DNA of 64,000 bases from Clostridia bacterium (GCA_017429165.1 JAFRPL010000032.1:173007-237006); one strand, 5' to 3'. Positions 31,404 to 41,185 are shown, numbered from the stretch's first letter. Notes: generated by a model not told the origin, from the sequence alone. Numbers and translations: made by a program.

Positions 31404-32207
31404 ATGTCCAAAGCTATTTTTGTGACCGGAGCGGCTTCCGGCACGGGATACGCCATCGCATGCCTGTTCGCAAGCCGCGGTTACGACGTGTTCATCACCA
31501 GCCGCAGCAAATCAAGCGCCGAAAAGAGCGCGGCGGAAGCGGCAAAGAAATACGGCGTTTTCGCCAAGGGCTACGAATGCGCCCCGGTCGACGAACGTCA
31601 GGTAATGGATATTTTCGCCGATATCGATTCCACCGGCAGGACCGTAGAAACGCTGGTCCTGAACGCGGCGAATCTGGGTTTTGACCCCAAAGATCCCGCC
31701 GCCGGCCAGGATCTGTGGACCGTGAGCGTGGAGGATTTCAGGAACGTCTTTGAGACCAACCTGGTGTGGAATTTCACGATCGTCCGCCAGGCGGCGCTGC
31801 GGATGCGCGGCGCGGGCAAGGGCGCCGTGGTTTTCATAAGCTCCAACACTTCCTACCGCGCTATTCCCAACCGCGCGGCGTACAGCGCATCCAAAGGCGG
31901 GATCAACGCCTTTGCAAAAGCGCTCGCCGTGGATCTGGGCAAATACGGCATCCGGTGCAACGTGATACTCCCCGGCACCATAAAGACCGAACGCTGGCAC
32001 GCGATGGGCGGCGGTAAGAAGATAAGCGGCGAACTTGCCCCCACCGGCGATATTTCGGATTTTGACGACATCGCCAACGCTGCGTGGTTTTTAGGCACCG
32101 ACGAAAGCCGCAACGTCACCGGCGCCGAGCTTGCGGTGGACGGCGGAATGTCGTGCCAGCTCTACCCGCAGATACTGAACGATCTGCTGAAAAAAGAGAA
32201 CGAATAA
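31404..32207 (+). CDS. SDR-family oxidoreductase
   Basis: TGAASGTGYA cofactor motif and YSASKGG catalytic motif. Confidence 0.85.
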   Translation: MSKAIFVTGAASGTGYAIACLFASRGYDVFITSRSKSSAEKSAAEAAKKYGVFAKGYECAPVDERQVMDIFADIDSTGRTVETLVLNAANLGFDPKDPAAGQDLWTVSVEDFRNVFETNLVWNFTIVRQAALRMRGAGKGAVVFISSNTSYRAIPNRAAYSASKGGINAFAKALAVDLGKYGIRCNVILPGTIKTERWHAMGGGKKISGELAPTGDISDFDDIANAAWFLGTDESRNVTGAELAVDGGMSCQLYPQILNDLLKKENE

Positions 32208-32221
32208 AAGGATCTTGAAAG

Positions 32222-32860
32222 ATGAAAAGCATTATTGACCGTATGACCGAATACGGCGTGATCCCCGTTATAAAGCTCGATTCGCCCGAAGACGCGCTGC
32301 CGCTCGCCTCTTCGCTCAAAGCCGGCGGCCTGTGCTGCGCGGAGATCACTTTCCGCACCGACGCTGCTGAAGAAGCGATAAAACTCATTGCAAAAGCGCA
32401 CCCGGATTTTTTGCTCATCGCCGGCACCGTGCTCACGCAGGAGCAGGTGAAAAGGGCGATCTCCGCCGGCGCGCAGGCGATAGTAAGTCCCGGGCTGAAC
32501 CCCGCGGTGGTTTCGTACTGCCTGAGCAACGGCATTCCAGTGATACCCGGCGTATGCACGCCGAGCGAGATAGAGACGGGGCTTTCGATGGGGCTTGAAT
32601 ACCTCAAGTTCTTCCCTGCCGAGGCGGCGGGCGGCGTGAAGATGATAAAAGCGGTATCGGCGCCGTATACGCGCGTGAAGTTCATGCCCACGGGCGGTAT
32701 CAACGCCGCAAACATAGCCGATTATCTGGCGCTTCGCTCGGTTTTCGCCTGCGGCGGAAGCTGGATGGCGACGGATAAACTTATAAGCGAAAGACGCTTT
32801 GACGAAATAACCGCGCTCACCGCACAGGCGGTATCCGCGGTCAAGGAGGCACGTAAATGA
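32222..32860 (+). CDS. eda: 2-dehydro-3-deoxyphosphogluconate / 4-hydroxy-2-oxoglutarate aldolase
   Basis: VIPVIKL...AEITFRT...IAGTVLT...IVSPG...PGVCTPSEI...KFFPAEAAGG...MPTGGI matches Eda along its whole length. Confidence 0.9.
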   Translation: MKSIIDRMTEYGVIPVIKLDSPEDALPLASSLKAGGLCCAEITFRTDAAEEAIKLIAKAHPDFLLIAGTVLTQEQVKRAISAGAQAIVSPGLNPAVVSYCLSNGIPVIPGVCTPSEIETGLSMGLEYLKFFPAEAAGGVKMIKAVSAPYTRVKFMPTGGINAANIADYLALRSVFACGGSWMATDKLISERRFDEITALTAQAVSAVKEARK

Positions 32861-33876
32861 GAGTAGTTACTTTTGGCGAAATAATGTTGCGGCTCGCTCC
32901 CGAAGGCCATTACCGCTTTTTTCAGAACGACAGGATGAACGTTTCTTTCGGCGGCAGCGAAGCCAACGTGGCGGTGTCGCTGGCGAATTTCGGCGCGGAA
33001 AGCGTTTTTGTGAGCAAACTGCCCGCCCACGCCATAGGTCAGGGCGCGGTCGATTCGCTGCGCGCTTTCGGCGTGGATACGAGCCATATCGCCCGCGGCG
33101 GCGAGCGCATAGGCATATATTATCTTGAAAAGGGCGCGTCGCAGCGCGGTTCGGTATGCATATACGACCGCAAAAATTCCGCGATACAGCAGGCGTTCGC
33201 CGACGAATTCGACTGGGACGCGATTTTTGAAGGCGCTGACTGGTTCCATTTTTCGGGCATCACTCCCGCGCTGGGCGCCAACGTTGCGGAAATATGCCGT
33301 ATCGCCTGCGCCAAAGCCAAAGAAAAAGGGCTTAAAATATCGTGCGACCTGAATTACCGCGCCAAGCTGTGGACGCGCGACGAAGCAAGAACGGTGATGA
33401 CCGGGCTTTTGAGCTACGCCGATATCTGTATTGCCAACGAGGAAGACGCCAAAGACGTGTTCGGCATAGAAGCCGAAAATACAGATATCACCGGCGGAAA
33501 GCTGAACAAAGACGGCTACGTTTCGGTGGCATCGCAACTGACGGAACGGTTCGGGCTCGAAAAAGCGGCGATCACGCTGCGTTCTTCGATTTCGGCGAGC
33601 GACAACGACTGGTCCGCTATGCTTTACGGCAAAGACGGGTGCGTTTTTTCCAAAACCTACCGCCTGCATATAGTCGACCGCGTAGGCGGCGGCGATTCGT
33701 TCGCCGCGGGGCTCATCTATTCCCTGCTCGCGGGCAAAAGCGACAAAGACGCCGTGGAGTTTGCGGTGGCGGCGAGCGCGCTCAAGCACAGCATAGAGGG
33801 CGATTTCAACCGCGTTTCGGTGAGCGAAGTCGAAAAGCTGGCAGGCGGCGACGCTTCCGGCAGAGTCCAGAGATAA
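32857..33876 (+). CDS. kdgK: 2-dehydro-3-deoxygluconokinase (PfkB family)
   Basis: MRVVTFGEIMLRLAPEG...FGGSEANVAVSLANFG...GGGDSFAAGLIY. Overlaps eda by 4 nt. Confidence 0.85.
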   Translation: MRVVTFGEIMLRLAPEGHYRFFQNDRMNVSFGGSEANVAVSLANFGAESVFVSKLPAHAIGQGAVDSLRAFGVDTSHIARGGERIGIYYLEKGASQRGSVCIYDRKNSAIQQAFADEFDWDAIFEGADWFHFSGITPALGANVAEICRIACAKAKEKGLKISCDLNYRAKLWTRDEARTVMTGLLSYADICIANEEDAKDVFGIEAENTDITGGKLNKDGYVSVASQLTERFGLEKAAITLRSSISASDNDWSAMLYGKDGCVFSKTYRLHIVDRVGGGDSFAAGLIYSLLAGKSDKDAVEFAVAASALKHSIEGDFNRVSVSEVEKLAGGDASGRVQR

Positions 33877-33891
33877 AAGGCGGTGTGTTTT

Positions 33892-34179
33892 ATGAACGTT
33901 AAAAACGATTTGGAAAAAATGCAGAACGAACTGTACGCCGCGATAGCGGCGACAGACAGCGCCGAAAAAGCGCAGTCGCTGCTTGCGGACCTGTGTTCCA
34001 AGCGCGAAATAGAGCAGATGGCGCAGCGCCTGCGCGCCGCAAAACTGCTTTTCGACGGTTTCACCTACAACGAGGTCATTGAAGCCACGGGGATATCTTC
34101 CGCCACGCTCAGCCGCGTTTCGCGCTGCGTGCAGTACGGCAAAGGATATTCCGCGCTGTTTGAAAAAGGCAAAAAATAA
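33892..34179 (+). CDS. YerC/YecD-family TrpR-like protein
   Basis: ATG 33892. ...LADLCSKREIEQMAQRLRAAKLL..GFTYNEVIEATGISSATLSRVSRCVQYG is characteristic of the family. Confidence 0.75.
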   Translation: MNVKNDLEKMQNELYAAIAATDSAEKAQSLLADLCSKREIEQMAQRLRAAKLLFDGFTYNEVIEATGISSATLSRVSRCVQYGKGYSALFEKGKK

Positions 34180-34228
34180 AAGCCGCGCCCGGATCTTTGG
34201 GACGCGAAATGTGAAAGGATCATGTTTT

Positions 34229-35269
34229 ATGAAAAGATTTGCTTGTCTGCTTATATGCGTTCTTTTGATATGCGCGTGCTTTGCCGCGTGCGCGAAAACC
34301 GAACCCGAAACGAGCGCCGGCGAAAGCTCGGCCGAACCTTCCGCACCCGCGGAAAGCGAGGGACCCGGCGTTGAACCGAGCGAAGAACCCAGCGTTGAAC
34401 CGAGCGTTGAAGAAAGCTCCGAAGACAGCGAGCACGTCGCCATACCCGATGGGGTAAAAGTCATAACAAATCTGGATTACGACAACGGCAAGGGCAAAAT
34501 GGGCGACAGCGACGGCCCCGCTTACTGCGTGTATTCCAACGTGGGCTACAACAAAGCCAGCATGGATATCAAAATAAGCGAAATGAAGATAAACACCCTG
34601 CGCACATCGGACAGGAAATACGTAAACGCGTATATGTTCCTGGGGTGCGATATCTACAGCGGCTCGTACTGGACGAACTGCTTCGACTGCGGATTCTGCT
34701 GGTCGGGCAGGAACGCCGCGTGGCATCTTTTCTATAACATCTACACCCCCGCCGACAAGAGTCAGGCCGGCTGGTACGAATCGAGCGTGCGGCTCAAGAA
34801 GAACCACGACTACAGGCTCACGCTTGACACTTCCGAAAAAGACGAGCTCGCCACCATAATCGTTTACGACCTGACTAAAGACAAAGAAGTCGACCGCGCC
34901 GAGTTCCGCGTGAAAGGTATGAAATGCGACGGCTCCAACACTGCGTATCTTATGGATTTTGCGCTCGATTATCCCGGGGACGTGAAAAAGGACACGAACG
35001 GCGACCCCAGCGACGACAACTGGAAAGAGATAACTCTTTACAACACCGACGAGAATCTTTATATGCGCAACGTGATAGTTGAAAACGTGAAGATATATGC
35101 CGGCGAAAACGAATACGTGTGGGACGATTCACGCACTAAAAACCGCTCGCTCTGGCCGGATATCAATATACCGGAGATCGACTACGCCTGCACCAAGGTC
35201 ATTGCGGACGAGGAAAACTACGATTTTTCTTTCCGCGTGGACCTTGATATGAACCGGGAACAGCAATAA
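34229..35269 (+). CDS. Lipoprotein of unknown function (346 aa)
   Basis: ATG 34229. Lipobox in MKRFACLLICVLLICACFAACAK, followed by an acidic Glu/Pro/Ser linker. Confidence 0.75.
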   Translation: MKRFACLLICVLLICACFAACAKTEPETSAGESSAEPSAPAESEGPGVEPSEEPSVEPSVEESSEDSEHVAIPDGVKVITNLDYDNGKGKMGDSDGPAYCVYSNVGYNKASMDIKISEMKINTLRTSDRKYVNAYMFLGCDIYSGSYWTNCFDCGFCWSGRNAAWHLFYNIYTPADKSQAGWYESSVRLKKNHDYRLTLDTSEKDELATIIVYDLTKDKEVDRAEFRVKGMKCDGSNTAYLMDFALDYPGDVKKDTNGDPSDDNWKEITLYNTDENLYMRNVIVENVKIYAGENEYVWDDSRTKNRSLWPDINIPEIDYACTKVIADEENYDFSFRVDLDMNREQQ

Positions 35270-35288
35270 AAGAAAAAACGTGCAGAAA

Positions 35289-35317
35289 GATCCCCGCGCC
35301 GAAACGGCGCGGGGATC
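35289..35317. terminator. Bidirectional terminator (12-bp stem)
   Basis: GATCCCCGCGCC-GAAAC-GGCGCGGGGATC, between convergent genes. Confidence 0.75.
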
Positions 35318-35324
35318 GTTGCTT

Positions 35325-36182
35325 TTAATTGCCGAAAGTCACAGAATGCGCGTATTTGAAAGCGTTTTCGCCCCACACGTCCGGAGTATCTGAAGCGAAC
35401 TGCACAACATAGAAACTGTTTTTGCCTTTAAAGTAAAACGTGAGGTAATAATTGGTCAGCTTATACAGCGAATAATACAGTTCGTATTCGCAATACACCA
35501 GCCCGTCTTTTTCTTTTACTTCCGCGTCCTGAACATCCGGGTCGTTGGCCATGATTTCTTCGGCGAACCCTTTGGCGTCTATGATCGCCGCCGTGGGAAC
35601 ATAGATGAACTCGATCTCTTCGACGTATATCGAATATCTGTCGCAGAACAGTTCATAGCCCTCTTCTTCGGTCGTCCTCTCTTCAAAATCGCGAGTGAGG
35701 GTTATAGACATTTCGCCCACGGTGAACGTCTTGGGCGTAAGCTTGCGCACGAACGAATATATGACGCCGCCAACGGCCGCGCAAGCCACTATCGCGAGCA
35801 CGATGCGGGTAACGGTCGCGGAACGGCTCTTTTTGGGGGCGGACGAAGAAGCGAGCTCGCGCGCCGCGCTTTCCTGCCCTTTGAATACGAACACCGCTCC
35901 GGCGTTTACGAAATTCTGCACGCTGCCTTCTATGCGGACGTCGTCGAATCCGGGTTCGACCCGGTACGGGGCGCACAGGCACAGGTCTCCGCCTACGAAC
36001 ACACGCGCGCCGTATTCGCCTATTTCAAAGACTTCGGTCTTTCCGTTCTTAACGCTCCCCAGCTCGCGGCACTTCACGCCCTGTATATCTACGGCGCCGC
36101 TGTAAGGGTCTTCTATAAAAACCTTCAGCTTTCGCAGGCTCAGCACTGCGGATCTGCCGCGTATTACGGTCAGTTTTCGCAT
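35325..36182 (-). CDS. Single-pass membrane protein, unknown family (paralog A, one C-terminal module)
   Basis: MRKLTVIRGRSAVLSLRKLKVFIED... N-domain, TM segment IVLAIVACAAVGGVIYSFV, and a ~130-aa C-terminal module ending KYAHSVTFGN. Confidence 0.7.
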   Translation of the reverse strand: MRKLTVIRGRSAVLSLRKLKVFIEDPYSGAVDIQGVKCRELGSVKNGKTEVFEIGEYGARVFVGGDLCLCAPYRVEPGFDDVRIEGSVQNFVNAGAVFVFKGQESAARELASSSAPKKSRSATVTRIVLAIVACAAVGGVIYSFVRKLTPKTFTVGEMSITLTRDFEERTTEEEGYELFCDRYSIYVEEIEFIYVPTAAIIDAKGFAEEIMANDPDVQDAEVKEKDGLVYCEYELYYSLYKLTNYYLTFYFKGKNSFYVVQFASDTPDVWGENAFKYAHSVTFGN

Positions 36183-36204
36183 ACGGTATCATACCTTCCT
36201 TTTT

Positions 36205-37512
36205 TTATTTTATCGCTGCCACAGCATGAGTAAACCGGACGGAACGCGCGTATCCGAATATCTCGTCGCGCTGATCGACGGCGGAACGGGTGCCGAATTC
36301 GACGATCCAGTAATTCTTTTCGCCTTTGAAAAAGAACGACGTGAAGTGAAGCGTGGAAGAGTCTTCGTAAATATACGTGTATTCACAATACGTGAGCCCG
36401 TCTTTTTCTTTTGTTCCGTCGCATTCGAGTTCCCACGCTTCTATTATGGTCTGCGCGTAGTCCGCCATAGTGGGGAACATCATATCGGTGCCGTATTCTT
36501 TGCCGCTCGGGCCCATTTTATAAACGTAAACGACCATATCCGAATTGCGGTAGATATATTCGTCGTCTTCCGCCGACACGAGTTCGAACCCGGTGTTGAG
36601 CGTAATGGTGAACTCCTCTATGCTCATATCCTTTGCCTCGATCGCGGCGCGTTCGGCGAACCTGACGGTCGACGCGCGTTCGGTTATCTCGCCGCGGTGC
36701 GCGCCCGGCTCGTGCGTAGAAAAATCGAGCATCCAGAAGCTCTCGTTCCCTTTGTAAAAGAAACTCACGTAATACTGCGTGTCGTTGTATTCTTCGAAAT
36801 AATGCTCGTGTTCACAGTAAAGAAGTCCGTTTTCTTCTTTTAAGCCGTCACATTCCAGCGAGTTTGATTCGATAAAATGCAAAGCGAAATCTTTGACCGT
36901 AATAATTTCTAATCCGGAATAAAAGATGATCGGGTATTCGTAAACGAACATGCTGTAATCGGAGTTATATACTTCCGGAATTGCCGGTGCGTGTGCAGCA
37001 TCGACGCTTTCGGTTCTGAAGCTTTCGTCGAGCGTGACAGTAAGTTCGCCGAACGTGAAATCCTTTGGCTTATTTTTGCGGAACACGCGGAACAGCGTTA
37101 TTCCCACGGCGGCGCAGACGAGCAAGATCGCCAGAACGCGTATAAGAGTACTGCGTTTTGTATTTTTGGATCTGATCCTTTGGGAAACTTCCTCTATTTG
37201 CGATTCGTCGCCCTTTACGGCGAAAGCCCTTCCCACGCCGCTGATACTTACGACCTCGCCTTCGAGAACGACGTCCTCTTCCCCTTCGGGCAGATCGTGC
37301 TTCCAACTGAACGAGCTGCCGACGAACAGTATCTCCGCACTCTTTTCGCTTATCTCATACGTCGCGCTCGCACCGTTTTTCAAAGTCCCGAGAAGACGGC
37401 ACTTTACGCCGTATAAATTGATGTTGCCGTTTTCTTCGTCTTCGGCGAACACCCGCATACTGCTGAAGCGGGCTGTATTCGATTTATTGCGTATCACGGT
37501 AAGCTTGCGCAT
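36205..37512 (-). CDS. Single-pass membrane protein, unknown family (paralog B, two C-terminal modules)
   Basis: Trimmed to ATG 37512 (MRKLTVIRNKSNTARFSSMRVFAED...). TM segment LIRVLAILLVCAAVGITLF. Two copies of the same module end in ERASTVRFAE and GYARSVRFTH. Confidence 0.7.
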   Translation of the reverse strand: MRKLTVIRNKSNTARFSSMRVFAEDEENGNINLYGVKCRLLGTLKNGASATYEISEKSAEILFVGSSFSWKHDLPEGEEDVVLEGEVVSISGVGRAFAVKGDESQIEEVSQRIRSKNTKRSTLIRVLAILLVCAAVGITLFRVFRKNKPKDFTFGELTVTLDESFRTESVDAAHAPAIPEVYNSDYSMFVYEYPIIFYSGLEIITVKDFALHFIESNSLECDGLKEENGLLYCEHEHYFEEYNDTQYYVSFFYKGNESFWMLDFSTHEPGAHRGEITERASTVRFAERAAIEAKDMSIEEFTITLNTGFELVSAEDDEYIYRNSDMVVYVYKMGPSGKEYGTDMMFPTMADYAQTIIEAWELECDGTKEKDGLTYCEYTYIYEDSSTLHFTSFFFKGEKNYWIVEFGTRSAVDQRDEIFGYARSVRFTHAVAAIK

Positions 37513-37667
37513 ATACGGCTTTCCTTTTTTCGGTATTTTTGTCATTATAGCACATTTAAAAACCCGTGTCAATCCCCATTGCTTCACGGACACGCGGCAG
37601 AACGCGAGCATATAATGGCGTGACGGGGCATACGCCCCGCAAAGCTACAAGGAGGCCACCAACACAA

Positions 37668-38516
37668 ATGGCAGCATTCTATAATCAGGCGTCGCTCACC
37701 TACAGCGGCGGCACCGTGTATTCCAACGTCGCCGCGGGCGAAATAACCGAAGTGCTTTCGGCAAGCAAGACCGCGGTCAACGGCGAATACACGCAGGGCG
37801 ACGCGTTGACCTACGTTATAAACATCATCAATTCGGGTCCCGCGCCCGTGGAAAACGTCGCGGTGTCCGACGATCTGGGCGCGTACGAGTATGGCGGACA
37901 GACGCTGGTCCCGCTGACCTATATCGAAAACTCGATAAAATACTTCGCCGACGGCGTGCTGCAGGCGGCTCCGGAGGTAACGGCGGACGGCTCGCTCGAT
38001 ATCACCGGCATAACCGTTCCCGCCGAAGGCGAAGTGACGCTGGTGTATTCCGCCGAAGCGAACGAATTCGCGCCGCTCGGCGAAGGAGGCGTTATCACCA
38101 ACACCGCGACCGTGACAGGAGGCGTCGAACCCGTGACCGCGAGCGCGACGGTCAACGCCGGCGGCGGAGTGATACTTGAAATGCAGAAATCGGTATCGCC
38201 GGCAAGCGTGAAAGCGAACGGGAACGTGACATATACGATAACGATATATAACTACGGTCCCGCCGAAGCCGGAGCGGCCGAAAATATCGTGGTCAACGAT
38301 ACGTTCGACCCTCTGCTTACCGATATTTCGGTGACGTTTGACGGAAAAGCATGGACTTCGCCCGAAGATTACGCCTACGACGCGACCACCGGTGTGTTTT
38401 CCACAGCAGCCGGGAACGTGACGGTCCCCGCCGCGGTCTTTACGCAGGATCCCGCGACCGGCGCGTGGAGCGCGACTCCCGGAAGCGCTTCGCTCACCAT
38501 TACCGGAACGTTATAA
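37668..38516 (+). CDS. DUF11-like repeat protein (two CARDB/DUF11-type beta domains)
   Basis: ATG 37668 after AAGGAGG. Repeated motifs GDALTYVINIINSGPAPVENVAVSDDLG and GNVTYTITIYNYGPAEAGAAENIVVNDTFDP. No obvious signal peptide. Confidence 0.7.
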   Translation: MAAFYNQASLTYSGGTVYSNVAAGEITEVLSASKTAVNGEYTQGDALTYVINIINSGPAPVENVAVSDDLGAYEYGGQTLVPLTYIENSIKYFADGVLQAAPEVTADGSLDITGITVPAEGEVTLVYSAEANEFAPLGEGGVITNTATVTGGVEPVTASATVNAGGGVILEMQKSVSPASVKANGNVTYTITIYNYGPAEAGAAENIVVNDTFDPLLTDISVTFDGKAWTSPEDYAYDATTGVFSTAAGNVTVPAAVFTQDPATGAWSATPGSASLTITGTL

Positions 38517-38529
38517 ATCACAAAAAAAG

Positions 38530-38563
38530 CGCCCGAAAGCCATGCGGCTTTCGGGCGTTTGTT
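38530..38563 (+). terminator. Rho-independent terminator
   Basis: CGCCCGAAAGCC-ATGC-GGCTTTCGGGCG followed by TTTGTT. Confidence 0.75.
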
Positions 38564-38680
38564 GCGTCGGGGCAAAACAATGCAGACCCGTATAAAGAGC
38601 AGTCGAATTCTTTAAACCGTTCGGAACTGCGCAATGCGCAGCGCTTACAGTTTATGAAAACGCATTATTTCAGACGTTTT

Positions 38681-39685
38681 TTATCGACACAATAACGCGT
38701 CGGCTATGCGCTGCGCGAGCGCGGTCTTTGTGGGCGGGTGTATGCAGTCGGTCTCGCAGATATCGCGTGAGACTACCAGACGTGCGTTACCGTCGCGTTC
38801 GCAGTAAAGCTCCTGCGCGCGCTGGATCCCGCGCCAGCCGGATGAGTTCACGGCTATGCGCTCGTCGCAATCGGCTATCTGCACCAGAGAGACGCGAAGC
38901 GTTTTGTCGCGGAACGAACGGCGCATCGTGTCAAATAGGCTTTCGAGTTCGGATGCGTAGATCGCGGCTTCCGCAGGCGACGCGTCGCTTTCGCCCTGAT
39001 ACCACACGACGCCCGAAAACGAAAACGGAAACAGCGTGCAAAGCATCGAGTCGTATATCACGGAATTGCGGTTCCAGTACGCGAATTCGGGGATAAAATG
39101 GTCGCAATAAAGTTCTTCGTCGGGCAGGCGGAAACGGGTGGAATCTTCCGGCGCAAGCCAGCTTTCTATGCAGGAAGCGCCCTGAAAACACGAAACGAAA
39201 CCCACGCAGCCGCCCTTCTCTTTGCGCACTGCGCGGGCAACGAGATACCCCAGCGCGGACCATTTGCCCACATTCCCGGCTGCCGCTTTCTGCCAGCCGT
39301 CGGACATTTTGACGGGGTCGTTTTCGTCCCACGGCCGCGCGACGAAAAAGCTGCGCATCATTGCGTCCGAGACGTATTCGCTTTCCTGCGTGTTGGATTC
39401 TTCCAGCCGGAATTCGGCGTTGGACTGCCCCGCCACAAGATACACTAAGCCAACGTAAACGTCGTTAAGCGTGACGGTCTCGGTCCCGTCCGTGACGGTG
39501 AGCGCAAACGGTCCGCCCGCTTCGCGCGCGGGAAAGCGCACGAGCCATTTGCCGTCTTTGCATTCGGCGCTGACCGTGTCGCCGCGGAAGGCGGCGCATA
39601 TATTCCCTTCGCCGCTGCCGAACACATAAACGGGTTTGTTTTCGGCAAACACGGCGTTATCGGTAAAAACGGGTGCTAATTTCAT
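38681..39685 (-). CDS. Sialate O-acetylesterase-like (SASA/DUF303) esterase
   Basis: Trimmed to ATG 39685 (GGAGGG RBS). MKLAPVFTDNAVF...VYVGLVYLVAGQSNAEF contains the GQSN nucleophile motif, and later WYQGESD. Confidence 0.75.
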   Translation of the reverse strand: MKLAPVFTDNAVFAENKPVYVFGSGEGNICAAFRGDTVSAECKDGKWLVRFPAREAGGPFALTVTDGTETVTLNDVYVGLVYLVAGQSNAEFRLEESNTQESEYVSDAMMRSFFVARPWDENDPVKMSDGWQKAAAGNVGKWSALGYLVARAVRKEKGGCVGFVSCFQGASCIESWLAPEDSTRFRLPDEELYCDHFIPEFAYWNRNSVIYDSMLCTLFPFSFSGVVWYQGESDASPAEAAIYASELESLFDTMRRSFRDKTLRVSLVQIADCDERIAVNSSGWRGIQRAQELYCERDGNARLVVSRDICETDCIHPPTKTALAQRIADALLCR

Positions 39686-39702
39686 ATCGCTTTTCCCTCC
39701 GT

Positions 39703-40371
39703 TCATTCGTCCTGCGGCCACACAAAAGTGGGGTTCAGGTCGTGTTCGCCGTTATCTATGAGCAGGTTCTGCCCGGACATCGAGCGATTGACGACGGTGA
39801 GGAACACCACCCAATCGGCGACTTCCGCCGGAGTCATCCATTTTTTGAGCGGCGTGACCGCCATAATGCGGTCCCAGAGAGTTTTATCGTTCATGACCGG
39901 GTCGTTGAGCGGCGTGAGCACGCCGCCAAGGGAAATGGCGTTGCAGGTGACGCCGCGCGGCGCCAGCCGTATGGCGACGTTTTTCATATACCCCACAACG
40001 CCCGCTTTGGAAGCAGCGTACGCGGGGAATTCCTGCCCCGACACCGCCGACGCCGACGCGTTGAACAGCACCGACTTGAGCGCGGGATTTGAAATCATGT
40101 ATTTTTCGGTGACGCCGATCGTCCCCGAAAGGTTGTTTTTGATATCGTCTTTTCCGTTCTGCGCGCCCGCGTTGTTGAAGAGGATATCGGCGTCCGTGAT
40201 ATCGGGGAGAGATCCGGCGTCGGTGATATCCGAGATGAAATGCGTATAACCTGGGTGCGAGACGGCGGCGGGCAGAAGATCTATGCCGCAGACCGAATGC
40301 CCCAGCGAAAGAAAGCGTTCGGCGACGGCGGCGCCTATACCGCCGGAAGCGCCGGTGATTATTATCTTCAT
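39703..40371 (-). CDS. SDR-family oxidoreductase
   Basis: MKIIITGASGGIGAA...YAASKAG. Confidence 0.85.
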   Translation of the reverse strand: MKIIITGASGGIGAAVAERFLSLGHSVCGIDLLPAAVSHPGYTHFISDITDAGSLPDITDADILFNNAGAQNGKDDIKNNLSGTIGVTEKYMISNPALKSVLFNASASAVSGQEFPAYAASKAGVVGYMKNVAIRLAPRGVTCNAISLGGVLTPLNDPVMNDKTLWDRIMAVTPLKKWMTPAEVADWVVFLTVVNRSMSGQNLLIDNGEHDLNPTFVWPQDE

Positions 40372-41102
40372 AAGTCAGCCTCCCTTACGTGTTTAAGGTA
40401 TTCTTCGCCAACGCCGTCTTTTTTCCAGCTTTTGAGCACCGCGTAGCCGATAGGCGAAAAGAAGATCTCCATAAGCAGTTCGAGCGATGCGCCGATAAGA
40501 GAGCAGGTCACGCACTGTAGCACGGTCCACGAAAAGCCGTCCCAGAATATCGGCGCGAAGACCGTGAAGGTGAGCAGTGCGAAAATGAGGTTATCTATGA
40601 ACTGCCCTACAAAAGTGGAAATATAAGTGCGCGAGACATACGCGAGCTTGCCGTCCGGGTCTTTGACGAACAGCCTGCCTATTCCCCAGTTGAGGAAATT
40701 GTTGACGATAGCCGAACACAGAAACGCGACCGTGCTGGAAAGCAGGATGAACCACGTTCCGCCGATGATGGTGTTGAACGCCGTATAGTCGGTCTCGGTG
40801 GGAATGACGCTGACGACGAAATAGATGAAGCACACGAGCAGATTGACGCAGATGGCGAACACCGATATCTTGGTGGCGGCTTTTGGTCCGTACGCCTTGG
40901 TTATGATATCCATGCACAAAAAAGACAGCCATGATACCAGTATGCCGCCGTCGATCGCCAGCGCGCCCGACTGATAGATTGTTTTGTTGGCGAGCAGGTT
41001 CATGGTGACGACAGAAATGGTAAACAAAGCCGTTATTACCGCAGGGATACTGCGGAAGAGCAGTTTGGTATCCGCCCATCCGCGCATAAATTTGTTTTTC
41101 AT
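40368..41102 (-). CDS. yhhQ: Queuosine-precursor transporter, YhhQ/DUF165 (VUT) family
   Basis: Trimmed to ATG 41102 (AGGAGA RBS). Polytopic, with ...ANKTIYQSGALAIDGGILVSWLSFLCMDIITKAYGPKAA... and ...FVGQFIDNLIFALLTF... typical of the family. Confidence 0.8.
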   Translation of the reverse strand: MKNKFMRGWADTKLLFRSIPAVITALFTISVVTMNLLANKTIYQSGALAIDGGILVSWLSFLCMDIITKAYGPKAATKISVFAICVNLLVCFIYFVVSVIPTETDYTAFNTIIGGTWFILLSSTVAFLCSAIVNNFLNWGIGRLFVKDPDGKLAYVSRTYISTFVGQFIDNLIFALLTFTVFAPIFWDGFSWTVLQCVTCSLIGASLELLMEIFFSPIGYAVLKSWKKDGVGEEYLKHVREADL

Positions 41103-41110
41103 TTGTGTTT

Positions 41111-41162
41111 TCTCCTTGGTTTTGATTTGTAAAGCGGAGGATTTAGAGGCCGAACTCCGCCG
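41111..41162 (-). promoter_or_regulatory. Candidate preQ1-I-like leader (low confidence)
   Basis: The minus-strand RNA reads CGGAG-UUC-GGCCUCUAAAUC-CUCCG-CUUUACAAAUCAAAACCAAGGAG. This gives a 5-bp P1, UUC after P1, a C immediately 5' of the P1 3' strand, and an A-rich tail running into the SD. The loop and tail are longer than canonical. Confidence 0.25.
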
Positions 41163-41185
41163 TTCGGGATATTCCGTTCGCCCGT

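Noticed and set aside
32722-34464. 580-aa minus-strand ORF
   Set aside because: It is antisense to kdgK, yerC and the start of a lipoprotein gene, each of which has strong family motifs on the plus strand.
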